DNA from: Escherichia coli
Lineage (GTDB): Bacteria; Pseudomonadota; Gammaproteobacteria; Enterobacterales; Enterobacteriaceae
Assembly: GCF_050920415.1 (NCBI RefSeq)
Contig: NZ_CP169309.1
DNA length: 64,000 bases
Direction: 5' to 3' (one strand)
Shown piece after piece: positions 47,414-56,099 of the stretch. The notes below the pieces were generated by a model, which saw only the letters and a list, made by a program, of their open reading frames with translations, ran no database searches and had not been told where the DNA came from. Within the stretch, counting starts at the first letter, position 1. Each line of letters begins with the position of its first letter. The position numbers and the translations under genes are program-made.

Positions 47414-49303
47414 TCATAGTGAATCGGTACCGCCTGATTTGACCATACCGCGATAATCCAGAGCGGCCACACCAGCATCAATACGGACTTTCCAGGCCAC
47501 ACCGTCAACGATGAAACCTTCCTGCTGTTCAAGGTAAGGCTCGTCATTGCCATCAAGATAAGCCACCTCGATTGTGTCCGTTCCCTGTGCGGAAAGCATG
47601 TACCATTGTTTTTCGCTGATATCATCAAGGCGGGGATCGACGATAATATCCAGTAGTTTGTGATACGGGTTAAAGATCCCGCTGTTTTTATCTGCCCCGA
47701 AAGGTGCGGTTGAGTTAATCATCTGCAACGCGCGATCTTCCAGTGCTGCCGGAACTAAAAGGAATTTAGGCGCAATATTCAGCACTTCGCCATTTTTGTC
47801 CTTCTGTGTGCGCATCAGGTGACGTGCTGCACTAAGTCCCGGTGTTGTCAGTCCTGCTTCAATCAGGTTGCTGTGTTTTTTGTCAAACAGCGCTATTCCA
47901 TCAGAAAGTTTTACGTTGCCTGTAAGCACCAGATTAACCAGATTTCCCACCGTTCTTGATGCTGCACGGCCCATAGCCATTGGCACCGTTGATAACTGAT
48001 CAAGGTCATCATTGATTATCGCCTGGCGGGTAATGCTGAAAATATTCCCGTAAGTAGCCAGCGCGATGGGTTCACCGCGATCGCTGGTGGTGATGTATTT
48101 ATATTCTGCCCCTTCCGGCACTTTGTTTAACGTAGAGAAACCATTCAGACCAACGCGGCGGGCTTCACGAAAGTTTGAAAGGGAACCTTTTTTCGTCCAC
48201 TGGCGGAATGTTTCGCCGCTGTGCTCCCAGCCTGCAAGCACTGATTTTTCAGCACCACCAGCAAGGATATCGGTAAAATCGCTGCTGCTGTGGTTGAATG
48301 CCGCGTTTACTATCTGCGAGCGTGTTCCGTAGCTGCCCGTGCTTATACCACGATGGGTTAATGATGCCTGTGCCATATCGAAAAGGCTCATCATGGCGTA
48401 AGGATTACCGCGTTCGGCCCGTTCGTGACCAAGACGCGCATTAAGCCCCTGGCGCATTGCATCGCCGGTTATGTTGCCGTTATCCGTGTACGCGTAGTAA
48501 AGATTTGCGGGGGTGGTTTTATTTGTTGGCGTTGATTCTTTACCCATAGCGAGTAAAAGGCGTTCGCGTGCATTCTCAACGCTACATTCTGAATCAGCAA
48601 GACAACTTATAGCCAGGTCGTTATATCTTCCGTTGAACGTGCCAAACAATTCACGGATGCCGTTAAGTCGTTCCTGTTCGCCACTGCCAGTTTTCTGGCT
48701 GATCATGCTTTTAATTTTTTCCGGCATATTTGAAAAATCTCCGATTCGTTTTGATTCAATTCGGGCCATTGCTGTAATCGCGGGTATAACCTCATCTGCG
48801 AAGCCGTTAGCCTTACACTCATTGCCATCCATCCAGGTTTCCGCCTCCATCATGGCGGTGATTTCCTGTTTGCTCCTGCCCGTTCTTCCGGCGTAGGTTT
48901 CAGCCATCGTGTCGCCCAGCTTGTCCATCAGGTCAGCAAAGCGGCGAACGTCGCCCGACACTCCGGCAGTAACACCACGGGGGGCATGTATCATCATCAT
49001 TGCGTTTTCAGGCATAACGATGTGATCGCCACACATGGCAATAAACGAGGCCATAGAAGCCGCCATGCCTTCAATGTGTACAATTTTCTTTGCCGGATGA
49101 TTTTTCAGGGCGTTATAGATAGCCAGCCCTTCAAAGATGTCGCCACCAGGTGAATGGATGCGAAGATGGATTTCAGACGCATTACCACACGCGTTGATCT
49201 CGTCAGTAAGTGCCGATGCTTTTACACCGTACCCGCCGATCTCGTCATAAATGCGCACATAGACAACATCTGCCATAGCCTTAATGGAAAACCATGTTTT
49301 CAT
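47414..49303 (-). CDS. Prohead protease (ClpP/S14-like) fused to a capsid-like C-terminal domain
   Basis: 629-aa ORF: N-terminal ~180 aa has ClpP-like motifs (GMAASMAS, MMIHAP); C-terminal ~350 aa reads as an HK97-fold major capsid protein, assigned by impression only. Confidence 0.75.
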   Translation of the reverse strand: MKTWFSIKAMADVVYVRIYDEIGGYGVKASALTDEINACGNASEIHLRIHSPGGDIFEGLAIYNALKNHPAKKIVHIEGMAASMASFIAMCGDHIVMPENAMMMIHAPRGVTAGVSGDVRRFADLMDKLGDTMAETYAGRTGRSKQEITAMMEAETWMDGNECKANGFADEVIPAITAMARIESKRIGDFSNMPEKIKSMISQKTGSGEQERLNGIRELFGTFNGRYNDLAISCLADSECSVENARERLLLAMGKESTPTNKTTPANLYYAYTDNGNITGDAMRQGLNARLGHERAERGNPYAMMSLFDMAQASLTHRGISTGSYGTRSQIVNAAFNHSSSDFTDILAGGAEKSVLAGWEHSGETFRQWTKKGSLSNFREARRVGLNGFSTLNKVPEGAEYKYITTSDRGEPIALATYGNIFSITRQAIINDDLDQLSTVPMAMGRAASRTVGNLVNLVLTGNVKLSDGIALFDKKHSNLIEAGLTTPGLSAARHLMRTQKDKNGEVLNIAPKFLLVPAALEDRALQMINSTAPFGADKNSGIFNPYHKLLDIIVDPRLDDISEKQWYMLSAQGTDTIEVAYLDGNDEPYLEQQEGFIVDGVAWKVRIDAGVAALDYRGMVKSGGTDSL

Positions 49304-49494
49304 AGCCAGGCTCCTAACGTTGCCCTGTACCAGTATTCAACCGCGCTGCGTGTGATTTGTCCTTTCGTGGGTACCGGCATACCCGGGTGATTGTCTTTGA
49401 TGAACTGCTGATAGCGTTCGATCTTCTCCATAGTTCCGGCGTCTATGTGTACCGTGGCACTTTTATCCGGCTTTCTGGTGTTGTTCTCTGGCAT
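49300..49494 (-). CDS. Hypothetical small protein coupled to the protease-capsid gene
   Basis: ORF 49300..49527; internal ATG at 49494 has a strong GGAGG RBS; stop overlaps capsid ATG (ATGA). Confidence 0.45.
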   Translation of the reverse strand: MPENNTRKPDKSATVHIDAGTMEKIERYQQFIKDNHPGMPVPTKGQITRSAVEYWYRATLGAWL

Positions 49495-49854
49495 AAATCC
49501 GCCTCCGTTTTGATTAACGGGCATCATTATTGATCGATAAAAGTAATAGATAAATCATTTTCTACCTGAAAATTAGATTATATTTTTTCTGATTATTCTC
49601 AGAGAGGCAAAGCCATTGACGCATTTTTGCTATTGAAGCAATATTAAGACTCGTCATCCTGGCGATAAAAACTCCTTTGTCGTGTAAAAGCGCCTCCGGT
49701 AACAGCAATCGAGGGCGCTTTTTTTTGCGCCTGTTTTTTTGTAAATGTTTTCGGGAACGCTCCAGTGATGAACAAAAAACAACCTGATTCGACACTAAAA
49801 ATTTTTATTCCTCAATATATCAATAACTTATAGTGGTGGTGATGGTGCCATAAA

Positions 49855-49952
49855 AATCAAAAAATGCGCCTTTTTCCGCGCCCGCCCGCCCCGTGGACAG
49901 GCCCACCAAGCCAGGAGTACCTACAAAAAAGCCGGATTGCTCCGGCTGTGTG
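49855..49952 (-). repeat. Repeated non-coding element, copy B
   Basis: See copy A; hairpin gccggattgctccggc plus GC box. Confidence 0.6.
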
Positions 49953-49965
49953 CTCACTTCTTCGG

Positions 49966-50217
49966 TTATTCTCCAGCGCTTTTAACGTTGATGGTTGTAA
50001 CCTGTTCCGCTTCGGCAATCTCCCATTCTGTCAGCGTGGCAAAGTTTGCCGCCGCTGTGGTCATGAATGCGCTTATCAGGTCGGGATGTGCTTTCGCGTA
50101 TCCTTCCCCCGTGTTGCGGTCGATGATTTTTATCGCCACTCTCAGCCAGTGCTCTGTAAGGTCAATGGCGCGGTTATGCTGCTTCTTCTGATTATTAAGT
50201 TTTCCTGATGTGCGCAT
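49966..50217 (-). CDS. Hypothetical protein (83 aa)
   Basis: ORF between the iteron array and repeat copy B; G-rich RBS-like sequence upstream. Confidence 0.4.
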   Translation of the reverse strand: MRTSGKLNNQKKQHNRAIDLTEHWLRVAIKIIDRNTGEGYAKAHPDLISAFMTTAAANFATLTEWEIAEAEQVTTINVKSAGE

Positions 50218-50249
50218 TTTTATTTTTACCCCCTCGTTTAAAAAGTTTT

Positions 50250-50500
50250 GAGTTGTGCCTCCCCTTGTCTACCTTATCTACCTTACTGGCCACCATGCCA
50301 GTAATGGCGCGGCTTTCAGTGGGGTAGAGTGCTTTTATCCACTATCTACCCCGTATCTACCTCCCTGTCTGATTCAGGTAAAATCAGGTAGAGAGGGTAG
50401 ATAGTAGGTAGACAGTAAAAAAAGGCTGTCTACCCAAGTTAATGTACTGAATTAAATGTATTTTTCTTTACTCAGGTAGACAGGGTAGACAGCCATTGCA
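50250..50500. repeat. Iteron array, putative replication origin
   Basis: At least 11 copies of GGTAGA/TCTACC in both orientations within ~250 bp, just 3' of the replication gene. Confidence 0.55.
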
Positions 50501-50505
50501 ACAAA

Positions 50506-52254
50506 TTATAAAAACGCGTCGCAATCGTCTGTTGTTATTGCGTTAGTCTGCGTTACTCCTTTAACTTTCCGCGTAATATATTCATGTCCGTAAACTTTCG
50601 CGGCTGGCTTCATAGCCTTGCCAAAGTCATTTACGTTTAGCGGTTTGCTCCTGCCTGCGTACGCCATAAACGCCAGATAGACGCGGTAAAGGCTGTTTCT
50701 GGTCGTGTACTTCACTGAATCGCCACCGCCGCCCATCATCAGGCCGCGTGCTTCCTCCAGAAAATTCAGGAACTGGCAAAACTCAATAACCGGATCCGTC
50801 TGTTGCTTTATTGCCAGTGCTTCATCACCGTCACGCTGTTCAATGAGTAAAGCCCGTGCCTTTTCAGGGTCGGCAAAGTTCGCCAGCAAGCGGCGGATAA
50901 TGACAGGGATTTCAGCCGCGATCTTTTCCGGTAGCTCCCTGTCTTTTTCTGCCTCGCTTACGATGTTATCGAACCGGAATATCACCCGACGACGTGCCAC
51001 ACCTCCGGCCCGTTCGGTGAATATCATCGGATTGTTATTGGTTGCCAGCACCACCGCCCTGATTACCGCCGTAAAACGCTTTTCATATTTCGGGTTAATT
51101 TCCACGGGGTCGCCGCCCGTGATTTTCTTGATGCCCGTTCCTTCGCCTGTATATTTCTGCTGGTCTGCCAGGACGATAAGACGACTCCCGACAACCTGCG
51201 CACGCCCACCAGCATCATCAAGCGATGTCATTTCAGCGCTTACCGTGTTTTGTTTCCCTGCCAGAAGGCTGGCTATGTGTGTGAATGTACTTTTACCGCT
51301 CCCGCCGTCTCCGGTGGCCTCAATAAACATCTGCCAGTCGTACCGGTTCGCCATAATCATGTACAGCGCGGCACATATACGCATCATCTTGCTCGGGTCT
51401 TTTCCGGCTGCGTGCTCAAGCCATTTATGAAAGTTTGGCGCGTTATCGCGGATGTTCTCCCCGGGTGCTGGTGGCGTGTACTCAATGCCGTTGTGCGTGG
51501 TGATCCAGTTCTCCGGCGTGTGCGGGGAAAATTCCCCCGTTTTCAGGTCAAGCGCACCATTGGCGAACGGCAGCAAATCGCCGGACGGCTCGCCCATTGG
51601 TTCGGCAATAACTTTTAACGCTTCCACGGCGTTATTGATTACGCGCTTGCTGAAAGTGGCCCTGTGCTCTGAATAGATAGCCACCATTTCGCGGCTCAGC
51701 TCCATTGTGCTGACCGGACACCATACCCCGCCGCGCCATACGTGAACGATTTCACTTTCAGGATGCACACAAACGCCATCAAAGCGCTCGGCAAGCAGCT
51801 GCGCGCGCTCACTGTCTGCCATTTGTGCCAGTTGCGTATTTTTCTGCTCCGGCATGGTAAGCCCTGCGGCAATATTTTCACGCTCAGCATTCAGATAGCG
51901 CCGCCAGTTTTCACACTTCTGGACGTGCATTCCTTCGGGGTAAAAATTTGCGTCCTGAATATCTGCCGCCGCCAGCTTCTGACCAATCTTTTTGGTCTCC
52001 ACCAAATCCAGTTCTCCGGCCTGGTACAGCCTTACGCGCTTTTTCCCATCCGGAACAATTTTCAGTGCATCAAGTTCGGCAAGCTGATTTGGCCCAAGCC
52101 ACACAGGCGGCACATTATCGCCGGATGCGGGGCCATCCTGCTCCTGCCATTGTTTCGCGTGCGACCAGGCATCACTACCCGCGAAAATAATTACCTCTGT
52201 GTCTTTGTGTTTTATTCCGCGTGGCTGTTTTTTTACGTTCGGTGCCAGTTTCAT
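50506..52254 (-). CDS. Replication protein: NTPase/helicase-like with Walker A motif (primase-helicase-like)
   Basis: 582-aa ORF with Walker A GDGGSGKST and a putative Walker B (LIVLAD); SF3/D5/P4-alpha-type assignment is by impression. Confidence 0.75.
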   Translation of the reverse strand: MKLAPNVKKQPRGIKHKDTEVIIFAGSDAWSHAKQWQEQDGPASGDNVPPVWLGPNQLAELDALKIVPDGKKRVRLYQAGELDLVETKKIGQKLAAADIQDANFYPEGMHVQKCENWRRYLNAERENIAAGLTMPEQKNTQLAQMADSERAQLLAERFDGVCVHPESEIVHVWRGGVWCPVSTMELSREMVAIYSEHRATFSKRVINNAVEALKVIAEPMGEPSGDLLPFANGALDLKTGEFSPHTPENWITTHNGIEYTPPAPGENIRDNAPNFHKWLEHAAGKDPSKMMRICAALYMIMANRYDWQMFIEATGDGGSGKSTFTHIASLLAGKQNTVSAEMTSLDDAGGRAQVVGSRLIVLADQQKYTGEGTGIKKITGGDPVEINPKYEKRFTAVIRAVVLATNNNPMIFTERAGGVARRRVIFRFDNIVSEAEKDRELPEKIAAEIPVIIRRLLANFADPEKARALLIEQRDGDEALAIKQQTDPVIEFCQFLNFLEEARGLMMGGGGDSVKYTTRNSLYRVYLAFMAYAGRSKPLNVNDFGKAMKPAAKVYGHEYITRKVKGVTQTNAITTDDCDAFL

Positions 52255-52550
52255 TTTTTACCCCTGAATACGTTAAGCATCTTTTTTATTTCCTGAATAT
52301 TGGCGCGTGCTTTCTCCCTGCTGGTTGGTTTACTGCGGGGCGCTGCCTGTACCAGAGAAAAATCACGCCGAAACTGATAAACAGGCATCACGCAATCATA
52401 TTCGTAGCCTTCACGACGGTAGGTGATGCGCCGTTCTGCCACGCCTTTAATCGTTACCATGCCGCCATATTTATCGCGGTAAATATCGCCGCGCGTAAAT
52501 TTAGGGTGAGTGTTGCCACTAGCAGTTAAGCCAGAAATTTTCTTTTTCAT
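52251..52550 (-). CDS. Hypothetical protein (99 aa), coupled to the replication gene
   Basis: Stop overlaps replication-gene start; basic protein. Confidence 0.45.
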   Translation of the reverse strand: MKKKISGLTASGNTHPKFTRGDIYRDKYGGMVTIKGVAERRITYRREGYEYDCVMPVYQFRRDFSLVQAAPRSKPTSREKARANIQEIKKMLNVFRGKK

Positions 52551-52566
52551 GGTTTTTATTCCGCGT

Positions 52567-52782
52567 TTATTTTTTATCGTGAATTTCGATCGCTTTATTT
52601 AATTCGGTGATTACCGTATCGAGTAATGAAATAAACGCACCAGCAAGATTAGATTCACGTTCACCTTCCGGCGCATCACTTAAACCATCAAGCCAGATAA
52701 GCAATATTTGCCGCAAGCATTCACTGTTAGTCAGTGCGTTTTCTGCATGGCTCATTAATTTAAAATAACGGTCATCATGCAT
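52567..52782 (-). CDS. Hypothetical protein (~71 aa)
   Basis: ORF 52567..52827; internal ATG at 52782 has AAGGGG RBS and sits 2 nt after the upstream gene's stop. Confidence 0.4.
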   Translation of the reverse strand: MHDDRYFKLMSHAENALTNSECLRQILLIWLDGLSDAPEGERESNLAGAFISLLDTVITELNKAIEIHDKK

Positions 52783-53011
52783 GGTGCGCCCCTTGAATAT
52801 CTGCGGTAAGAATTTTGCCTGCCTCATTCAGCGCCATATCAGCACTAAGTTGCATAACCGCCAGCGAATGAGGAACGAAAGCCCCTGCATATTCTGTTTC
52901 ACTGGTGGCGTGCTTATGCGCCATGTCAGCAATAACAGAAATATCAATAAGCGCATCCATCAGCGTTTTGATGGCTTCGGCGGCTGCGTCCGGACGGGGG
53001 TTATTGCACAT
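52775..53011 (-). CDS. Hypothetical protein (78 aa), first gene of the replication operon
   Basis: Strong GGAGG RBS 6-7 nt upstream of ATG; faces the divergent operator region. Confidence 0.45.
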   Translation of the reverse strand: MCNNPRPDAAAEAIKTLMDALIDISVIADMAHKHATSETEYAGAFVPHSLAVMQLSADMALNEAGKILTADIQGAHHA

Positions 53012-53289
53012 GGCGCACCTCCTGACGAATACGGGCGGCGAATACCATCACGCAGCCAGCCGGGGATTGCTGGCGGGCTTCCTGTTCGCTGGTGGCCTCG
53101 ATGGTAATCACGCGCGGTTGTGCCGTGCTCAGGGCGATAAAACGCCAGATGTATTTATTCAGGTTGTGCGAATCCCGCCCTTGCGGGTGTGTGGTATGAT
53201 TTCTCATAGCTGCCTCGATACTCTTTCTATCGTTGGTGGTTAGACGCCCTGCATGTGTGCCACCACTGCGGGGCGTTGCGTTTTTTGAT

Positions 53290-53347
53290 GCACACGTGTT
53301 AAGGTGTACACCTACAAAGCAAAAACATAACGCCATAGGTGTACACA
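53290..53347. promoter_or_regulatory. Operator cluster in the divergent control region
   Basis: Palindromes ACACGTGT (53293), GGTGTACACC (53303..53312) and AGGTGTACAC (53338..53346, overlapping the RBS of the plus-strand gene). Confidence 0.5.
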
Positions 53348-53541
53348 TGTCAACAGTTATTAAGCGCGATAAAAAACAAAAAGGCACAGGAAAGACCCCA
53401 CCGTTCCATATGCGTATAGTTCCTGAATTGAAGGAGCAGTTTGATAACGAAGCCAGTAACGATGGAGTAAGTCTTGCCAACTGGCTTAAAGAGTTGGGGC
53501 GCGCCGAACTAAAGCGACGCGGCATTGAACCTAAAGGCTGA
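53347..53541 (+). CDS. Small DNA-binding regulator, putative ribbon-helix-helix (64 aa)
   Basis: ATG with AGGTG RBS; HMRIVPELKEQF strand-like then helical DGVSLANWLKELGRAEL suggests RHH (assigned by impression); divergent from the replication operon. Confidence 0.45.
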   Translation: MSTVIKRDKKQKGTGKTPPFHMRIVPELKEQFDNEASNDGVSLANWLKELGRAELKRRGIEPKG

Positions 53542-53544
53542 TGT

Positions 53545-53664
53545 ATGACCGATAACAAACTTTCTCTAACAGAGAATAAACCATCAGGCTTCTTACCAAG
53601 AAAAATCCTTGATGAGATCAAACGCCGCCAGCGTAAAAAATCCAAAGGAGCAGACACGGAATAG
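53545..53664 (+). CDS. Hypothetical basic peptide (39 aa)
   Basis: Short ORF 3 nt after the upstream stop; below the ORF-track length cutoff. Confidence 0.2.
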   Translation: MTDNKLSLTENKPSGFLPRKILDEIKRRQRKKSKGADTE

Positions 53665-53667
53665 CTT

Positions 53668-53832
53668 ATGCAACAAATACCATACTGGCTTGGCTCTCTG
53701 TTTGTATTTGCATTTCTCATGAAATATTGCATTAGCAATGAACTTGTCGGTAATGAAAGTGCATGCGCGAGCGCTGAAAAAAATATTCCACTTCTCGTAT
53801 ATGAAAACGAAAGCCCTGTGAACCGCAATTGA
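53668..53832 (+). CDS. Hypothetical small membrane peptide (54 aa)
   Basis: ATG 3 nt after the upstream stop; hydrophobic N-terminus (YWLGSLFVFAFLM) then polar tail. Confidence 0.25.
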   Translation: MQQIPYWLGSLFVFAFLMKYCISNELVGNESACASAEKNIPLLVYENESPVNRN

Positions 53833-54108
53833 GCGAAATTTAATGAATTCACTCTTTGCCCACCAGCCGCAAATGTGGCATTGTTGGCGATGCTCATGCG
53901 TTGGGGATAACGTGTAGCTTGTGTCGAAGGGCCATCGTGACAGGTGGCCTTTTCTTTACCTGTTATCTGGCAATTGTGGCGCTTCGTCACACGGTTGATA
54001 TAATTCCCCTGCACTGATCCATTTTTTTCGCAGCAGGTTAATTGTTCGCAAGGGCGCTCCGGCAACGGGGCGCTTTTTGTTATGTTCATCACGTTACGCC
54101 TCACACCA

Positions 54109-54315
54109 TTACGCAGCCGTTCCGCGCGCTTCTTCCTCGCGCTCTTTCAGCCAGGCCAGCACTTCATCTTCATACCAGCCAACACGACGCAGACCGATTT
54201 TGAAGCCTTTCGGAAATTTTCCGGCGTTGATCATGTCCTGTAGCGAACTGTCTGCCTTGATGCGCAGAATATTTTTTACTTCCTGACGGGTAAGAATTTT
54301 TCTGATTGTTTCCAC
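54109..54315 (-). CDS. alpA: AlpA-family transcriptional regulator/excisionase-like protein (GTG start)
   Basis: 68-aa ORF with MerR-like HTH (LTRQEVKNILRIKADSSLQDMINAGKFPKGFKIG...); typical neighbour of P4-type integrases. Confidence 0.8.
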   Translation of the reverse strand: METIRKILTRQEVKNILRIKADSSLQDMINAGKFPKGFKIGLRRVGWYEDEVLAWLKEREEEARGTAA

Positions 54316-54384
54316 TATGTTTTACCTCGTTAATCCGGCGTATTCCGGTGATAAATACGGTAAAACAGGGCAGGGCGGGAAAAA

Positions 54385-54420
54385 CAGTACCCACCGTTTT
54401 AAAACGGTACCCACTGTTTT
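54385..54420. promoter_or_regulatory. Putative operator upstream of alpA
   Basis: acaGTACCCACcgtttt aaaacgGTACCCACtgtttt: motif repeated 20 bp apart around a central palindrome. Confidence 0.4.
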
Positions 54421-54485
54421 TTATCTTATTGATTACGCTTTTCTTTCTGCAAAAAAATAGCGACCGCAAGGGGCCGCTATTGTGA

Positions 54486-54728
54486 TTACCGTTTCCACTT
54501 CTTAGGTCGCCCACCGCATTTAAGGCTGGTGGGCCTCAGCACCTTGTCGATGCTTTCAGCCAGATTTTTCGATGCGCCACGCGAGCGCAAAAAACTGACT
54601 ACCTCGTGTTTTGTGGGGGCAGTTGATTTGTCTTCCGGATCGTACGTTGACCAGAATTCACGATTTGCCATTAAGGCCAACTGAAGGCCTTCACCATAGG
54701 CAGGGGATACCTTTTCATTGAAAAACAC
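54486..54728 (-). CDS. Hypothetical protein (80 aa) between integrase and alpA
   Basis: ORF followed by a hairpin/T-run near 54455..54480. Confidence 0.3.
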   Translation of the reverse strand: MFFNEKVSPAYGEGLQLALMANREFWSTYDPEDKSTAPTKHEVVSFLRSRGASKNLAESIDKVLRPTSLKCGGRPKKWKR

Positions 54729-54829
54729 TCGGATAACTCCTTGAATTTCAAGAGTCGGGTCTCTCTGTATATGGTGATTATACGATGGTTTAGCATGGTT
54801 TGCATCGCTTTTACTGGTTTTTTGTACAG

Positions 54830-56071
54830 TTATACGGCACGGATACCCCTTTTACCACTGGCTATGGTCACTCCGGTTGCTGCGGCCTCTACAAATTCCC
54901 CCCACCAGCGCATAAGCACCACGCGCTTTTCCAGGTAGTTACTTCGGTTATATGCTCGCCTTACCTCGTTCGTGTCCACGTGTGCGAGTGCGGCCTCGAT
55001 TACGTCCGGCTCGAATCCTTCCTCGTTCGCTGCTGTGCTGAATATGGCGCGTAATCCATGAGACACCAGCACGCCAGCGAATCCCATTCGCCGCAATGCT
55101 GCGTTGGCGGTCTGGCTGTTCATAGGCTGCCGTGGGTCTTTCAGGCTAGGGAAAACGTGCTCGCGGTGGTGGCTGATTGGCTTCATGGCCTCCAGTACCG
55201 CCATAGCCTGACTACAAAGCGGGATAACGTGATCACGCCGCATCTTCATGCGTCCGGCGGGGATCGTCCATTGTTGCGCGTCCATGTCGATTTCTTCCCA
55301 GCGTGCTGACGATGCTTCAACCGGACGGGTTACAGTCAGTAGCTGCCATTCAATCAGTAATCTGGTCTGCCGTTCTGTTGCTGATACGGATAAAGCCTGC
55401 ATAAGCTCCGGCAACTGTTCGGGGCGGATTGTTGGCATATGTTTTTTTACAGGGGAGGGGAACGCCTTACGCACATTCATAGCCGGATTGGCATCAATCA
55501 GCCCACTGTTGGCGGCGTAATCCATTACCTCATTAACGCGCTGTAAAACCCGCTTGAGTGTTTCCAGGTTGCCGCGCTCCTTGATGGGTGTAAGCACCTC
55601 AACGAACCTTCGGGCAGTGAGGGTATCTATTGGCGTGTTGCCGATGAACGGGAATACATATTTATCCAGCGAACGCCAGATGTCTTTAATCGTGTTGGGG
55701 GCCAGATTCTGGCTGATTTTCACCTGGTACCATGCCGCCGCCACATTTTCGAACGTGTTCCCTTGTCTTCGGGCCTCTGCCTCTCGTTTTTTCTTCTCAT
55801 GGTCCTGCGGGTCAGTTCCGGCACTGATTAACGTCCTGTACTCGCTACGGCGTTTTCTGGCATCAGCCAGGGAAACATCTTCAAGAGATCCAAAACTCAG
55901 CAATATTCTTTTTTTGTCCGATGGTCGGTAGTAGGAAAATCGCCAGAGTTTTGATCCGGACGGTTTTACCAGGAGAAAAAGCCCACCGCCGTCCTGTAGG
56001 GTGTACTCCTTTTGCGCTGGTCTGGCTGCTTTGATCTGCACTGTGGTTAATGGGGGTGTTTTTCTCGCCAT
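54830..56071 (-). CDS. int: Tyrosine site-specific integrase (P4-type)
   Basis: ORF 54830..56089; start placed at MARKTPPLTT; N-terminal arm-binding-like domain and catalytic HGLR...LAH...Y. Confidence 0.9.
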   Translation of the reverse strand: MARKTPPLTTVQIKAARPAQKEYTLQDGGGLFLLVKPSGSKLWRFSYYRPSDKKRILLSFGSLEDVSLADARKRRSEYRTLISAGTDPQDHEKKKREAEARRQGNTFENVAAAWYQVKISQNLAPNTIKDIWRSLDKYVFPFIGNTPIDTLTARRFVEVLTPIKERGNLETLKRVLQRVNEVMDYAANSGLIDANPAMNVRKAFPSPVKKHMPTIRPEQLPELMQALSVSATERQTRLLIEWQLLTVTRPVEASSARWEEIDMDAQQWTIPAGRMKMRRDHVIPLCSQAMAVLEAMKPISHHREHVFPSLKDPRQPMNSQTANAALRRMGFAGVLVSHGLRAIFSTAANEEGFEPDVIEAALAHVDTNEVRRAYNRSNYLEKRVVLMRWWGEFVEAAATGVTIASGKRGIRAV

Positions 56072-56099
56072 ATGTCTATGATTCCACACGAAAAAACAG

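Noticed and set aside
47082-47456. Plus-strand ORFs starting MRFFPRPPAP (and 49864..50208 starting MRLFPRPPAP)
   Set aside because: The shared N-termini come from translating the repeated non-coding element; both run antisense into real genes.
49562-49795. 77-aa minus-strand ORF
   Set aside because: AT-rich low-complexity region, no RBS, basic repetitive N-terminus; probably non-coding.
53001-54104. 367-aa minus-strand ORF spanning the island's divergent control region
   Set aside because: Low-complexity S/L/R/C-rich translation with no motif; overlaps operator palindromes, a plus-strand gene with a good RBS and a terminator; the real minus-strand operon begins at 53011 with a strong RBS. 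A 1.1-kb open frame is unusual by chance, so this deserves a homology check.
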